Assembly (NCBI GenBank): GCA_910588025.1
Contig: CAJUQG010000004.1
Coordinates: 3,086 to 67,085, forward strand
Source: an uncultured Bacilli bacterium
GTDB taxonomy: Bacteria > Bacillota_I > Bacilli_A > RF39 > UBA660
Direction of reading: 5' to 3'
DNA length: 64,000 bases
A program made the position numbers and the translations under genes. Of the stretch, positions 1 to 10,426 are shown in pieces. The stretch's first letter is position 1, and every line of letters begins with the position of its first letter. A model generated the notes under the pieces. It was not told the DNA's origin. It did not search any database and saw nothing but the letters and a program-made list of their open reading frames with translations.

Positions 1-375
1 AAAAATCATCCTGGATGCTGGGATATTTCTTCTGCTGGACATGTTCATTCTTTAGAAACAAAAGAAGAAGCAGCCGTAAGAGAATTAAAAGAGGAATTAG
101 GTTTAATCGTTAATCCAAATGATTTACAATTTTTAATGACTATAAAAAGAAATAAAAATCCTCAAAATAAGGAATTGGCGGATATCTTTTTACTAGAACT
201 AAATATCAATCCAGACAATTTAAAATTTATCGATGAAGAAGTTACAGATGCTAAATTTTATTCCATTCCTCAAATTCAAAATTTTTTGAACAATCCTGAA
301 TCCAAAGTAGTAAATAGAGAAGAATATCCATATTTATTTCATTACTTATTAACTGAAAAAGACTTGCAATCATAG
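1..375 (+). CDS. NUDIX hydrolase, 5'-truncated at the window edge
   Basis: Frame 1 is open from position 1. The translation KNHPGCWDISSAGHVHSLETKEEAAVRELKEELGL contains a Nudix box (GX5EX7REUXEEXGU-like). Stop TAG ends at 375. Confidence 0.6.
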   Translation, partial: KNHPGCWDISSAGHVHSLETKEEAAVRELKEELGLIVNPNDLQFLMTIKRNKNPQNKELADIFLLELNINPDNLKFIDEEVTDAKFYSIPQIQNFLNNPESKVVNREEYPYLFHYLLTEKDLQS

Positions 376-403
376 CATATTTTTGTTATATTACTTTTGT
401 AAT

Positions 404-478
404 GCAGGTGTGGTTCAACGGCTAGAATGCAACCTTGCCAAGGTTGAGACGGGGTTTCGACTACCCTCACTTGCTCCA
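404..478 (+). tRNA. tRNA-Gly (anticodon GCC)
   Basis: The 7-bp acceptor stem GCAGGTG/CACTTGC (one G-U pair) precedes a 3' CCA. The anticodon stem CAACC/GGTTG encloses loop TTGCCAA, giving anticodon GCC. The T-arm is GGGGT-TTCGACT-ACCCT. Confidence 0.8.
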
Positions 479-491
479 TTATGTTATATAG

Positions 492-517
492 CTAAGTTAA
501 ACTAACTTAGTTTTTTT
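492..517 (+). terminator. Rho-independent terminator after tRNA-Gly
   Basis: An 8-bp stem CTAAGTTA/TAACTTAG with loop AAC is followed by TTTTTTT. Confidence 0.5.
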
Positions 518-748
518 ATTGTTCTTTTATAACCTTCCTAAATATTGTCCTTAAAAGTAATAATACTTTCTTGAATAAAGTTTCATTTTTTACAATAAAA
601 TATTATCTTTTATATGTTGGAAATCTCTACTCAAATTCTTTCAGAAGATAACTAAAGTTGATAAGCTTAAATAATATTTTCATCTCATCAAAACAGAATA
701 TATGAATTTTTTTTCAAAAAAATTAAATACTATTAGTAGGGTGATATC

Positions 749-1495
749 ATGCCAAATATCCATAGTAGTATTAATTTTGCTTTAGTAAATATTCCCGTTA
801 CCATGAATCCCATCATTAAAAATAATGATAGCTCATTTAATCAACTTCATGAAAAATGTGGTTCCCGAATTAATTACGTAAAGTACTGTCCAAAATGTAA
901 AATAAAAATCAAAGAACAAGACATTATAAAAGGTTATGAATACGAACAAGACAAATATATTGTTTTCAAAAAAGAGGAATTAGAAAAACTAAAACCAGAT
1001 AACGATAAAGAAATTGACATTATTTCTTTTGTTCCATTAAAGGATATTGATCCAATTTATTTTGAAAAAAGTTATGATATCGATGCCGTTGGGAAAGGAA
1101 AAGCTTACTTTTTATTTTGTGAAGCGCTCAAGAAAAGTAACTTAGTTGCTTTAGCAAAAACGGTCATTGGAAATAAATTTTATTATTGCATTTTAAGGTT
1201 TAATGCTCAAAACATTATTTTAACTACACTTTATTTTAGAGAAGAAGTAAACATTCATCCTGATGAAGTAAAAAATAAGATAGACGAAAAAGAACTAAAT
1301 TTAGCCATTCAACTGATTTCTTCGTTAAAAGGAAAATTTGAACCTTCCAAATATAAAGATGAATATCAAGACAACATAAAAAAAGCGATTGAGGATAAAA
1401 TAGATGGAAAAACGATTAAGACAAAGAAGAAATCAAATAAAAAACAAATTAGTGATTTAATGGAAGCTTTGGAAAAGAGTTTAAAAAACAAATGA
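749..1495 (+). CDS. ku: Ku protein (non-homologous end joining)
   Basis: The N-terminus INFALVNIPV resembles the bacterial Ku core, and the length (248 aa) matches YkoV-type Ku. The stop overlaps the next start in an ATGA. Confidence 0.85.
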   Translation: MPNIHSSINFALVNIPVTMNPIIKNNDSSFNQLHEKCGSRINYVKYCPKCKIKIKEQDIIKGYEYEQDKYIVFKKEELEKLKPDNDKEIDIISFVPLKDIDPIYFEKSYDIDAVGKGKAYFLFCEALKKSNLVALAKTVIGNKFYYCILRFNAQNIILTTLYFREEVNIHPDEVKNKIDEKELNLAIQLISSLKGKFEPSKYKDEYQDNIKKAIEDKIDGKTIKTKKKSNKKQISDLMEALEKSLKNK

Positions 1496-2400
1496 AACAT
1501 ATCTGGAAAGAAAGAAACTGGTCTCCAATGCTCTTAAAAGAAAAAAACAAACCATTTAATTCTTCCAAATACTTATTTGAATTAAAATATGATGGAATTC
1601 GTGCTCTTATTTTTTGTAATAAAAAAGAGTTAAAAATTCAAAGTCGTAATCAACAAGATATTACTCATCTATTTCCTGAACTTCAAGAAATTAAAAAAAT
1701 AGTTCACACTAATACAATTTTTGATGGCGAAATTATTTGTATGGAGAAAGGAAAACCATCTTTCTCTAAAATTCAAACAAGACTTCACGTAAAAAATGCT
1801 AAAAAAATAGAACAATTATCCAAAGAAGAGCCCGTCACTTATATGGCATTTGATCTTCTTTATGAACAACAAGATTTAACGGATACTACATTATTAAATC
1901 GAAAAAAAATATTAAACCATTATCCAGATAACGACTATTTTGTAAAAACACAAACTATTGAAGAAAAAGGAATTCAACTTTTTAAAAGCGTTCAAAAATT
2001 ATCATTAGAAGGAATTGTTGCAAAAAATAAAGAAAGTACATATCATATCAATTCTCGTACCGATGACTTTGTCAAAATCAAAAATACTAAGCGAGATGAA
2101 TTCTATATTGGGGGATTTACCACTAAGAAAAATGGAATTTTATCACTTGCCTTAGGAGAATATAAAGACAATCACTTTTATTATGTTGGTAAGGTTTCAA
2201 TTAGTCCAAAAGTTCCAAAATATCATCAAATAAAAAAACAAAAACAAACCAAAAATTATTTCGTTGACTTTTCTGGATCGCTTCATTTTGTAAAGCCAGT
2301 GATAACTTGTCACATTAATTACTTAGAACGAACGAAAAATAATCATTTAAGACATCCCGTTTGGCAGGAAATGAAAGAGAGTGAGGAAAAAAATGGCTGA
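1492..2400 (+). CDS. ATP-dependent DNA ligase, stand-alone LigD ligase domain
   Basis: Nucleotidyltransferase motif I KYDGIR lies in ELKYDGIRALIF. The protein is 302 aa and translationally coupled to ku. Confidence 0.85.
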   Translation: MKHIWKERNWSPMLLKEKNKPFNSSKYLFELKYDGIRALIFCNKKELKIQSRNQQDITHLFPELQEIKKIVHTNTIFDGEIICMEKGKPSFSKIQTRLHVKNAKKIEQLSKEEPVTYMAFDLLYEQQDLTDTTLLNRKKILNHYPDNDYFVKTQTIEEKGIQLFKSVQKLSLEGIVAKNKESTYHINSRTDDFVKIKNTKRDEFYIGGFTTKKNGILSLALGEYKDNHFYYVGKVSISPKVPKYHQIKKQKQTKNYFVDFSGSLHFVKPVITCHINYLERTKNNHLRHPVWQEMKESEEKNG

Positions 2401-3766
2401 TTTAAAACCATATAACGCAAAGCGAAATTTTACTAAAACCACAGAACCCATCGGAAAAAAAGCTTCCTCTAAAAATCAAAAATTAAAATTTGTTATCCAA
2501 CATCATTTAGCTAGAAAAGACCATTATGATTTACGTTTGGAATATCAAGGAGTTTACGTTAGTTTTGCAGTTCCGAAAGGACCTTCCTTTAATCCTTTAG
2601 ACAAACGCTTGGCCATACATGTCGAAGATCATCCTCTAAGTTATGGAAATTTTGAAGGAACCATTCCAAAAGGAGAATATGGTGGAGGAACTGTGATGCT
2701 TTTTGATAAAGGATACTATACTTTTCCAAAAGATACTTCACCTAATTTCTCAAAAGGTCCAGTAAAATTTACTTTACAAGGAAAACGCTTAAAAGGCAGT
2801 TGGTCTTTAGTAAAAATGCAAGCTGATAATTGGCTACTTATAAAAGAAAAAGATGAATATGTTAAAAAAATAAATATTCAAGATTATCAAACCAGTATTA
2901 AAACAGGACGAACAATGGAAGAAATCACACATCCCCAAAAAAACTCCAAAATTAATTTAACCAATCCTCAAAAGTTAATTTTTCAAAAAGAAAAAGTTAC
3001 CAAACAAGCTATTTTTCAATATTATAATCAAATAAAAAACCGAATTATGCCTTTTTTAGAGAATCGTCTTATTAGTACCGTCCGCGCCCCAGAAGGAACC
3101 AATGGCGAAATCTTTTTTATGAAACATTTAAATAATAATAGTAAAGATATTGGCCATAAAACAATGAAAACGAAATCGACGGATAAAACTTTTTACTATT
3201 ATTTCAAAAATATCAATGGACTACTTTCTGAAGTGCAAATGAATAGTTATGAGTTTCACATTTGGGGTTGTCCTCAAAATGCCATTCAAAAACCCGATAT
3301 TTTAGTCTTCGATTTAGACCCAGATGAAGGATTATCATTAAAAAAAGTTCGCGCTGGAGTTCGTGACCTAAAACAAATTTTAGATAATCTAAAATTAAAA
3401 TCTTATTTAAAAACGAGTGGGGGAAAGGGGTATCACATTTATGTTCCTCTTCCTATGACTTCTTGGCAGAAATGTGAAAAAATAAGCAGTGATATTGCAA
3501 ATTTAATGGTCTTAAATCATCCAGAAAAATATACAACGAATATGCGCAAAGAAAAAAGAAAAAATAAAATATTTATCGATTACTTCCGTAACAAACTAGG
3601 ATCCACCAGTGTTTGTCCTTATTCCTTAAGATTAAAGAAGAAAGCTACCATTTCTTGTCCCATTTTTTGGACTGAATTAGACAAAATAAAACCAGATGGT
3701 ATTACGATTAAAAATTTTAAAAAACGCTTAAAGAAAAAAGATCCGTGGGCTAATTTTTTTGAATAA
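2393..3766 (+). CDS. LigD 3'-phosphoesterase domain fused to a primase-polymerase domain
   Basis: The N-terminus (LKPYNAKRNFTKTTEP...HYDLRLE...VPKGPS) matches the LigD phosphoesterase domain. The C-terminus (ILVFDLDPDEG ... KTSGGKGYHIYVPL) matches the LigD Pol/Prim-Pol domain. ATG 2393 follows a GAGGAAAAAA RBS; an alternative upstream start lies at 2381. Confidence 0.8.
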   Translation: MADLKPYNAKRNFTKTTEPIGKKASSKNQKLKFVIQHHLARKDHYDLRLEYQGVYVSFAVPKGPSFNPLDKRLAIHVEDHPLSYGNFEGTIPKGEYGGGTVMLFDKGYYTFPKDTSPNFSKGPVKFTLQGKRLKGSWSLVKMQADNWLLIKEKDEYVKKINIQDYQTSIKTGRTMEEITHPQKNSKINLTNPQKLIFQKEKVTKQAIFQYYNQIKNRIMPFLENRLISTVRAPEGTNGEIFFMKHLNNNSKDIGHKTMKTKSTDKTFYYYFKNINGLLSEVQMNSYEFHIWGCPQNAIQKPDILVFDLDPDEGLSLKKVRAGVRDLKQILDNLKLKSYLKTSGGKGYHIYVPLPMTSWQKCEKISSDIANLMVLNHPEKYTTNMRKEKRKNKIFIDYFRNKLGSTSVCPYSLRLKKKATISCPIFWTELDKIKPDGITIKNFKKRLKKKDPWANFFE

Positions 3767-3908
3767 CATATATCAAAATAGAATAGCTATAAATCTGAAT
3801 TTAGAGTAATCATAGAAAGATGAAAGAAAGTTATTTAGTAAAAATCCATTTTTCTGAAAAAAGCAAAATAAAAAAATTACCAGGAAATTAAAACGGTTTA
3901 TAAATAGA

Positions 3909-3934
3909 AAGAATCTTAAAAGGGTTCTTTTTTG
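3909..3934 (+). terminator. putative terminator downstream of the NHEJ operon
   Basis: A 7-bp stem AAGAATC/GGTTCTT (one G-U pair) with loop TTAAAAG is followed by a T-run. Confidence 0.4.
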
Positions 3935-4015
3935 ATAAAATGAATAAAAAATGTAGCAAAAATTGATATTATTTTGCACTTTTGTTATACTAATAACAAG
4001 ATACATGGAGGTTTT

Positions 4016-4762
4016 ATGAAAACAGGAAATACGAATAAAGCAATCGAAGTAATAGATGTGACCAAATCCTTCAAAATATATTATGATAAAGCTAGTACTT
4101 TTAAAGAACATATGCTTTTTTGGAATCGTAACAAAAAAAGCGAAAGTTTTACCGCTTTAAAAAAAATTAATATTACCATTCAAAAAGGAGAAACCGTTGG
4201 ATTAGTAGGAGTGAATGGTTCTGGAAAATCTACCTTATTAAAACTAATGACTAAAATTATATATCCAACCGAAGGAAAAGTTTTAACTCATGGTAAACTG
4301 ACAAGTCTCTTAGAATTAGGAGCAGGTTTTCACCAAGACTTTACAGGACGAGAAAACATTTACTTTAATGCCGCTATTTTTGGTTTAACTCGTAATGAAA
4401 TCAATAACCGTATAGATGATATCATTGCTTTTTCTGAATTAGGTGAATTTATTGATAACCCTATTCGAACATATTCATCAGGAATGTACATGCGCCTTGC
4501 TTTTTCCATAGCCATTAATGTGGATGCTGAAATTTTACTGATTGACGAAATTTTAGCTGTAGGTGATCAACACTTTCAAGAAAAATGTTTTAATAAATTA
4601 AGAGAACTCAAAGAAAGTGACAAAACAATTGTTATAGTTAGTCACGACTTAGGAAATATTGAAAATCTTTGTACACGTGCGATTTGGATTGATGAAGGCA
4701 TCGTTGCAAGCGATGGTAATCCCAAAAAAGTAATCGACGAGTATTTAAAGAAACGGGGGTAA
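4016..4762 (+). CDS. ABC transporter ATP-binding protein, TagH/Wzt-like polysaccharide or teichoic acid exporter
   Basis: Walker A GVNGSGKST is present, with an ABC signature region and Walker B LLIDE. A GGAGG RBS lies 5 nt upstream of ATG 4016, and an extended -10 TGTTATACT sits upstream. Confidence 0.85.
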   Translation: MKTGNTNKAIEVIDVTKSFKIYYDKASTFKEHMLFWNRNKKSESFTALKKINITIQKGETVGLVGVNGSGKSTLLKLMTKIIYPTEGKVLTHGKLTSLLELGAGFHQDFTGRENIYFNAAIFGLTRNEINNRIDDIIAFSELGEFIDNPIRTYSSGMYMRLAFSIAINVDAEILLIDEILAVGDQHFQEKCFNKLRELKESDKTIVIVSHDLGNIENLCTRAIWIDEGIVASDGNPKKVIDEYLKKRG

Positions 4763-4765
4763 AAC

Positions 4766-5539
4766 ATGCAAGTTTTTCAAAATTTATATCAATATCGAGA
4801 ACTATTAAAAACCAATGTTCAAAAAGAAATAAGAGGGAAATATAAAGGCTCCTTCTTAGGTGTTCTTTGGTCCTTTATTAATCCTTTATTAATGGTATTA
4901 GTTTATGCTTTAGTATTCCCATATATTATGAGAACAAACGTCGACCATTATTTAATCTTTTTAATTGTAGCCATCATTCCTTGGAACTTTTTTACCACAG
5001 TCATTAATTCTGGATGTAACTGTATTTGGATTAATGGAGGTATTATCAAAAAAGTTTATTTTCCAAGAGAAATCCTTCCTATCAGTGTCGTCTCAGCAGG
5101 TCTCGTCAATTTCTTAATCTCTTGTTTCATCATATTATTATTCTTACTTTTCGGTGGCATCGGTTTTAGTTTCCAAATCCTATGGTTACCATTGATTGCC
5201 ATCATTCAAAGTTTTTTAAGCCTTGGTCTATTATTTATTTTAAGTGCCATCAATGTTTATGCAAGAGATATTGAATACTTTATCGCATTTTTAATTAATT
5301 TATTATTTTATGCAACTCCGATTTTATATACCGTCGATATGTTTCCCGAAAAAATTCGTTGGATACTTTATTTAAATCCAATGTCTCATTTAATCGATGC
5401 CTATCGTAGTATCTTTTATTATCAAACTATGCCAAATCTTTCATCTTTACTCTACATTGCAATCCTTGCAATTTTCATCTTACTATTTGGCTATATGATT
5501 TTTAAAAAATTAGAAAAAGGCTTTGCAGAAGAGGTGTAA
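4766..5539 (+). CDS. ABC-2 type exporter permease (TagG/Wzm-like)
   Basis: A 6-TM hydrophobic profile starts 4 nt after the ATPase gene; the typical ABC-2 N-terminus is LYQYRELLKTNVQKEIRGKYKGSFLGVLW. Confidence 0.8.
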   Translation: MQVFQNLYQYRELLKTNVQKEIRGKYKGSFLGVLWSFINPLLMVLVYALVFPYIMRTNVDHYLIFLIVAIIPWNFFTTVINSGCNCIWINGGIIKKVYFPREILPISVVSAGLVNFLISCFIILLFLLFGGIGFSFQILWLPLIAIIQSFLSLGLLFILSAINVYARDIEYFIAFLINLLFYATPILYTVDMFPEKIRWILYLNPMSHLIDAYRSIFYYQTMPNLSSLLYIAILAIFILLFGYMIFKKLEKGFAEEV

Positions 5540-5540
5540 C

Positions 5541-7694
5541 ATGAAGTCTAATGTAGTAAATATTAAAATCAAAAAAATCAATGGAATTAATCATCCAAAT
5601 TTGACAATAGAAGGAAATTTAGCGTCCAAAGAAGACCAATTTTTACTATATGTTGATGGGGTAGAATCACCATTTGATTTTCAAATTTATCCAAAATCGA
5701 ATCAATTTGTTTTAAATTCTGAATTAACGAAGAAAAATAAGCAAGTAATCTTAAAATTAAAACATGAAAATGAAATCATAGAAGTAGCTAAATTAAAAAA
5801 TTGGACGATGATTCGTATGAAAAATAAATTCGTCTATTTAATTAAGAAACCTTTCACCAAATTAAGAGTTTTATATTCTACTTTAAAAAGAGGGATAACT
5901 TATTTCTGGCGTGAATATCATTTTCTTGTTCCTCCATCATTATGGGGCAAATATTGGAGAGAATTTTTAGCTCGAATCAAAGTGAAAGATGCCAATTCTT
6001 TTTACAATCCTTTTCATGTTGCAGAATATAACAAATGGTTAAAACAAAATGAAACATTTAGTGAAGTCCAAGAATTGTCCTATAATCCTTCTATTTCTCT
6101 TTTGATACCTGTATATAATATTGGTCGTAAATTCTTAAGTGAGTGTATAGATTCCATACTAAATCAAACCTATCAAAATTTTGAACTTATTTTAGTAGAT
6201 GATTGCTCCACAAAAGAAGAAACCATTGAAACGTTGAAAGAATATGAAAAAAAGGATTCTCGAATTATCGTAAAATATCGGAAAAAAAATGGTCATATTT
6301 CCGCTGCTACTAATGATGCCTTAAAATTAGCAACTGGTGAATTTGTTGGACTTGTTGATAACGATGATATTTTAGCAGAGAATGCCTTATACGAAGTTGT
6401 CAAAGTTTTAAATGAAAATAAAAAGCTAGACATGGTTTACTCTGATGAAGATAAAATCAATTTAAAAGGCGAAAGATGTGACCCTAATTTCAAATCAGAT
6501 TTCGCTCCAGATTCTTTATTAAGTAGTAACTATATTTGCCATTTTACTGTGTTAAGAAAAAGTATCATGGATAAAATCAGTGGCTTTCGTCTTGGATATG
6601 AAGGTGCTCAAGATTATGACTTATTTTTAAGATTTACAGAACAAACCAAAAATATTTATCATATTCCTAAAATTTTATATCATTGGCGTATGGTAGAGGG
6701 GTCTACTTCTATGGTCATTGATAACAAAAGTTATGCCCTTGAAAAAGGAAAAATGGCTTTAGAAGATGCGTTAAAAAGAAGAAAAATCAAAGGGTCCGTA
6801 CAAGTATGTGAATCTTGCCCTTATTATCAAATTACCTATGACATTCCCAAAAATGCTAAAGTATCTATCATTATTCCAACCAAAGATCATGCTGATATTA
6901 CCGAAAATTGTTTAAAATCCATTTATGAAAAAACAACATATTCAAATTTTGAAATTATCATGGTGAACAATAACAGTACGGAACCGAAAAGTTTTGCATT
7001 ATTTGAAAAATATCAAAAAGAGCATGACAATTTCCAAGTAATAGATGCCAATTTTGAATTTAATTATTCTAAAATTAATAATCTAGCGGTGAAGAAAGCT
7101 ACAGGAGATTATATCTTATTATTAAATAATGACATTGAAGTAATTACCAAAGACTGGTTAGAAAAGATGTTAGGATACGCGAGTCAAAAACATATTGGTG
7201 CAGTTGGAGTCAAATTACTTTACCCAGATGAAACTGTCCAACACGGAGGAGTAGTCCTAGGACTTGGAGGAGTTGCGGCTCATGTATTTTTAAATGCTCC
7301 AAAAGATGCTGTTGTATGGGGTGGACGCTTATCTGTTCCTTATAATTACAGTGCTGTAACCGCTGCTTGTCTAATGATAGAAAGAAAAAAATGGAACGAA
7401 GTAAAAGGTTTAGAAGAAAGCTTGAAAGTAGCTTTTAATGATGTGGATTTTAATTTAAAGCTTCTAAAAAAAGGATATTATAACGTCTTCTTACCACAAG
7501 TAGAACTATATCATCACGAATCCAAATCTCGAGGGCTTGATAATACGCCAGAAAAATACAAACGCTTTGTAGGTGAAGTGAATTATATGACTACAAAATG
7601 GGAAACTGAATTGACAAATGATCCTTTTTATAATCCCAATTACAGTTTATTAAAAGAATATGTATTGGATAAAAAGTCTGAAAAAAGAAAATAG
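5541..7694 (+). CDS. tandem family-2 glycosyltransferase with an unassigned ~180-aa N-terminal domain
   Basis: Two GT2 cores are present: LLIPVYNIGRKFLSECIDSILNQTYQNFELILVDDCS and VSIIIPTKDHADITENCLKSIYEKTTYSNFEIIMVNNNS, each followed by DxD-type motifs. An AGAGGTG RBS precedes ATG 5541. Confidence 0.8.
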   Translation: MKSNVVNIKIKKINGINHPNLTIEGNLASKEDQFLLYVDGVESPFDFQIYPKSNQFVLNSELTKKNKQVILKLKHENEIIEVAKLKNWTMIRMKNKFVYLIKKPFTKLRVLYSTLKRGITYFWREYHFLVPPSLWGKYWREFLARIKVKDANSFYNPFHVAEYNKWLKQNETFSEVQELSYNPSISLLIPVYNIGRKFLSECIDSILNQTYQNFELILVDDCSTKEETIETLKEYEKKDSRIIVKYRKKNGHISAATNDALKLATGEFVGLVDNDDILAENALYEVVKVLNENKKLDMVYSDEDKINLKGERCDPNFKSDFAPDSLLSSNYICHFTVLRKSIMDKISGFRLGYEGAQDYDLFLRFTEQTKNIYHIPKILYHWRMVEGSTSMVIDNKSYALEKGKMALEDALKRRKIKGSVQVCESCPYYQITYDIPKNAKVSIIIPTKDHADITENCLKSIYEKTTYSNFEIIMVNNNSTEPKSFALFEKYQKEHDNFQVIDANFEFNYSKINNLAVKKATGDYILLLNNDIEVITKDWLEKMLGYASQKHIGAVGVKLLYPDETVQHGGVVLGLGGVAAHVFLNAPKDAVVWGGRLSVPYNYSAVTAACLMIERKKWNEVKGLEESLKVAFNDVDFNLKLLKKGYYNVFLPQVELYHHESKSRGLDNTPEKYKRFVGEVNYMTTKWETELTNDPFYNPNYSLLKEYVLDKKSEKRK

Positions 7695-7702
7695 GAAACA
7701 AT

Positions 7703-8125
7703 ATGATAAAACAAATATTAAAAAAACAAGAATTTCGATTTCTTTTCGTAGGTGGATTAAATACCCTAGTAGGATATGGAATCTATGCTCTATTACTATT
7801 TTTTCAAGTCAACTATTTAATAGCGAATACTATTTCTACCATCATTGGAATTGGTCACAGCTATTTATGGAATCGTTTTTACACTTTTAAAAGTAAAGAA
7901 AAAGCCAGCAAAGAAATATTAAAATTTATTTCAGTATATGCAATAAGCTATATCTTAGGAACGATTCCTCTTTTTTTCCTAAAAAACTTTTTACAGATTA
8001 GTCCATATATAGCTGGACTAATAAATCTTGTCTTAACAACTTTAATTAGTTGGTTTGGACACAAAAATTTTAGTTTTCGTAAAACAGGAGGGGCAACATG
8101 CCAAAAAATAACGACAAAGTATTAA
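7703..8125 (+). CDS. GtrA family membrane protein
   Basis: The 140-aa protein has 4 TM segments and the characteristic N-terminus FRFLFVGGLNTLVGYGIY. Confidence 0.7.
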   Translation: MIKQILKKQEFRFLFVGGLNTLVGYGIYALLLFFQVNYLIANTISTIIGIGHSYLWNRFYTFKSKEKASKEILKFISVYAISYILGTIPLFFLKNFLQISPYIAGLINLVLTTLISWFGHKNFSFRKTGGATCQKITTKY

Positions 8126-9453
8126 AAAAAGAATGGGTAATTGCTATTGCCATTTTTTCAATCTGTTTTTTCATTTTTTTATTTAGTGATATTTTAATTA
8201 CCACAAATACATCGATTACCTTTGATAAATTATTATTTCAAGGAAAACTTTATCATTTATATGAAGCATCTTATAAAACGTTTGGAGGTATTTTAGCAGG
8301 TTCTTATATTACTTATGATTTTCCAATATACATCTTTTTTGGAATATGGAATCTTCCTTTACTAATTCTTACTAAAATAACAGGTTTTTATTGGGTCGAA
8401 CATTATGGAGCTATCCTTTATGCCAAACTATTCTTAGTTGCTTTACTCATCATTTTTTTCCAAGTAATAAAAAGGATAGTCAGTCATTTCAATTTATCAA
8501 AAGAAGATAATAAAATGTATCAATATTTATTTCTTAGTTCCTCTTTTACAATCATGGTCATTGCGATGTTTGCAGGGTACGATATCTTATCTTTAGTTTT
8601 CACCTTCATTGGACTTTATTTTTATTTAAAAGATGATTTACCTAAGTTTACAGCTTTTTTTGCTATTGCTATCTCCCTTAAACTGTTTGCACTTCTAATA
8701 TTTATTCCACTATTATTATTAAAAGAAAAAAATATTGGTAAAATAATTGGTTACAGTTTATGTTCTATTAGTTTAGTAATAATTCCTAAATTGATTTATC
8801 GAAATGCTCCTATGTATCAAATTTCCATGACTTCGTTTGAAAACAACATGTTAAACAAACTAAATTTAAGTTACCTTATTACTCCTTTTGGAAATACTTC
8901 AATCTTTACTACAATTTATGTTTTAATATGTTGTCTATGTTATGGAAAAACAATCAAAGATAAAAAATTATTAGACTTATACACAATGTACATTCCTTTT
9001 GTTATCTACGGATTATTTTCTTGTTTTTGTGAAATTCATCCCCAATGGATTATATTATTTGTACCGTTTTTGATCTTTTTCTTAGTTTATAATAAAGAAA
9101 ACCGTAAAACTAATATTTTAGTAGAATCAGCTTTTTCTGTATCTTTCTTATATTTACTTTATCAAATATATCATTGGGTTTTTTGTCCTAATTTAATGAA
9201 TATTATGTTTGGAAAATTTATTCCCCAACAAAATGGAATTACGACCCTTCGAGTACTAGAACAATATAAAATGTATAATTCGTTGTTTGGAGGAGCCGTA
9301 CTAGCCTTACTATTATATTTATTTTGGATAAATCGTCCAGAGAAATTATTAAAGCAAGAAGGACAAGAGGTTTGGTCTCACTGGTTACTGATAGCAAGAT
9401 CTTGTATCATTATTCCTTTTGCAGCAATTATAATCTATTATTATTTCCGTTAA
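8098..9453 (+). CDS. polytopic membrane protein, putative GtrC/GT-C-like glycosyltransferase
   Basis: The protein is 451 aa with more than 10 predicted TM helices and a GGAGGGG RBS. It lies between gtrA-like and gtrB-like genes. Confidence 0.5.
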   Translation: MPKNNDKVLKKEWVIAIAIFSICFFIFLFSDILITTNTSITFDKLLFQGKLYHLYEASYKTFGGILAGSYITYDFPIYIFFGIWNLPLLILTKITGFYWVEHYGAILYAKLFLVALLIIFFQVIKRIVSHFNLSKEDNKMYQYLFLSSSFTIMVIAMFAGYDILSLVFTFIGLYFYLKDDLPKFTAFFAIAISLKLFALLIFIPLLLLKEKNIGKIIGYSLCSISLVIIPKLIYRNAPMYQISMTSFENNMLNKLNLSYLITPFGNTSIFTTIYVLICCLCYGKTIKDKKLLDLYTMYIPFVIYGLFSCFCEIHPQWIILFVPFLIFFLVYNKENRKTNILVESAFSVSFLYLLYQIYHWVFCPNLMNIMFGKFIPQQNGITTLRVLEQYKMYNSLFGGAVLALLLYLFWINRPEKLLKQEGQEVWSHWLLIARSCIIIPFAAIIIYYYFR

Positions 9454-9469
9454 GAATAGAGGTATTAAA

Positions 9470-10426
9470 ATGAAAAAAACGATTAGTGTTATGGTTCCCA
9501 CTTATAACGAAGAAGAAAATGTTGAATTAATGTATCAAGCATTAGTAAAAATGTTTCAAAAAGATTTACCAAACTACCATTATGAAATATTGTTTATTGA
9601 TAACAAATCGAAAGACAACACAAGAAAATTACTACGTCAAATATGTGAAAAAGATAAAAATGTGAAAGCTATCTTAAATGCACAAAATTTTGGTCAATTC
9701 AACAGTCCTTATTATGGTTTAATAAATACCAGTGGAGATTGTACTATTAGTGTCGCAGCTGATTTTCAAGATCCCATTGAAATGATTCCTAAATTTGTTC
9801 AAAGTTGGGAAGAAGGATATAAAATTGTCATAGGAATTAAAAATCAAAGTAAAGAAAGTAAAATTATGTATTTTTTAAGAAGTCTTTACTACAAATTGAT
9901 TAAGAAATTCTCCGAAGTAGAACAAATTGAGCATTTTACGGGCTTTGGACTGTATGATAAAAAGTTTATAGAAGTATTAAAGAATCTTGATGACCCAGAC
10001 CCTTACTTACGAGGAATTGTTTCTGAATTAGGATTTGAACGAAAAGAAATTCCTTTTATCCAACCTATAAGAGAGCGTGGAAAATCAAGTAACAATTGGT
10101 ATCGGTTATATGATGCGGGAATGCTTGGTATCACCTCTTACACAAAAGTAGGACTTCGTATTGCTACGATTTTAGGTTTTGTCATTTCGGCTATTTCAAT
10201 CATTGTTGCACTCGTATATTTAATTTTAAAACTTTGCATGTGGAATTCATTCCAAGCTGGTATCGCTCCTTTAATTATTGGCGTTTTCTTACTGGGTGGC
10301 ATTCAAATATTTTTCATTGGCTTCCTTGGTGAATATATCTTAAGTATAAATCAACGCATTATGCATCGCCCTTTAGTGGTAGTAGAAGAAAAATTAAATT
10401 TTAAGAAGTGTGATAACAATGACTAA
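9470..10426 (+). CDS. GT2 glycosyltransferase, GtrB/bactoprenol-sugar synthase-like
   Basis: The N-terminus VMVPTYNEEENVELMY ... ILFIDNKSKDNT is followed by two C-terminal TM helices, typical of polyprenyl-phosphate sugar synthases. Confidence 0.8.
   Translation: MKKTISVMVPTYNEEENVELMYQALVKMFQKDLPNYHYEILFIDNKSKDNTRKLLRQICEKDKNVKAILNAQNFGQFNSPYYGLINTSGDCTISVAADFQDPIEMIPKFVQSWEEGYKIVIGIKNQSKESKIMYFLRSLYYKLIKKFSEVEQIEHFTGFGLYDKKFIEVLKNLDDPDPYLRGIVSELGFERKEIPFIQPIRERGKSSNNWYRLYDAGMLGITSYTKVGLRIATILGFVISAISIIVALVYLILKLCMWNSFQAGIAPLIIGVFLLGGIQIFFIGFLGEYILSINQRIMHRPLVVVEEKLNFKKCDNND

Noticed and set aside
3773-4111. A 112-aa minus-strand ORF
   Set aside because: It lies in the AT-rich promoter region and 5' end of the TagH-like gene. 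It has an F/I/Y-rich low-complexity translation typical of antisense AT-rich DNA, and no RBS.
7660-7890. A 76-aa plus-strand ORF overlapping the GT2 end and the gtrA start
   Set aside because: It is an alternative frame of two well-supported genes.
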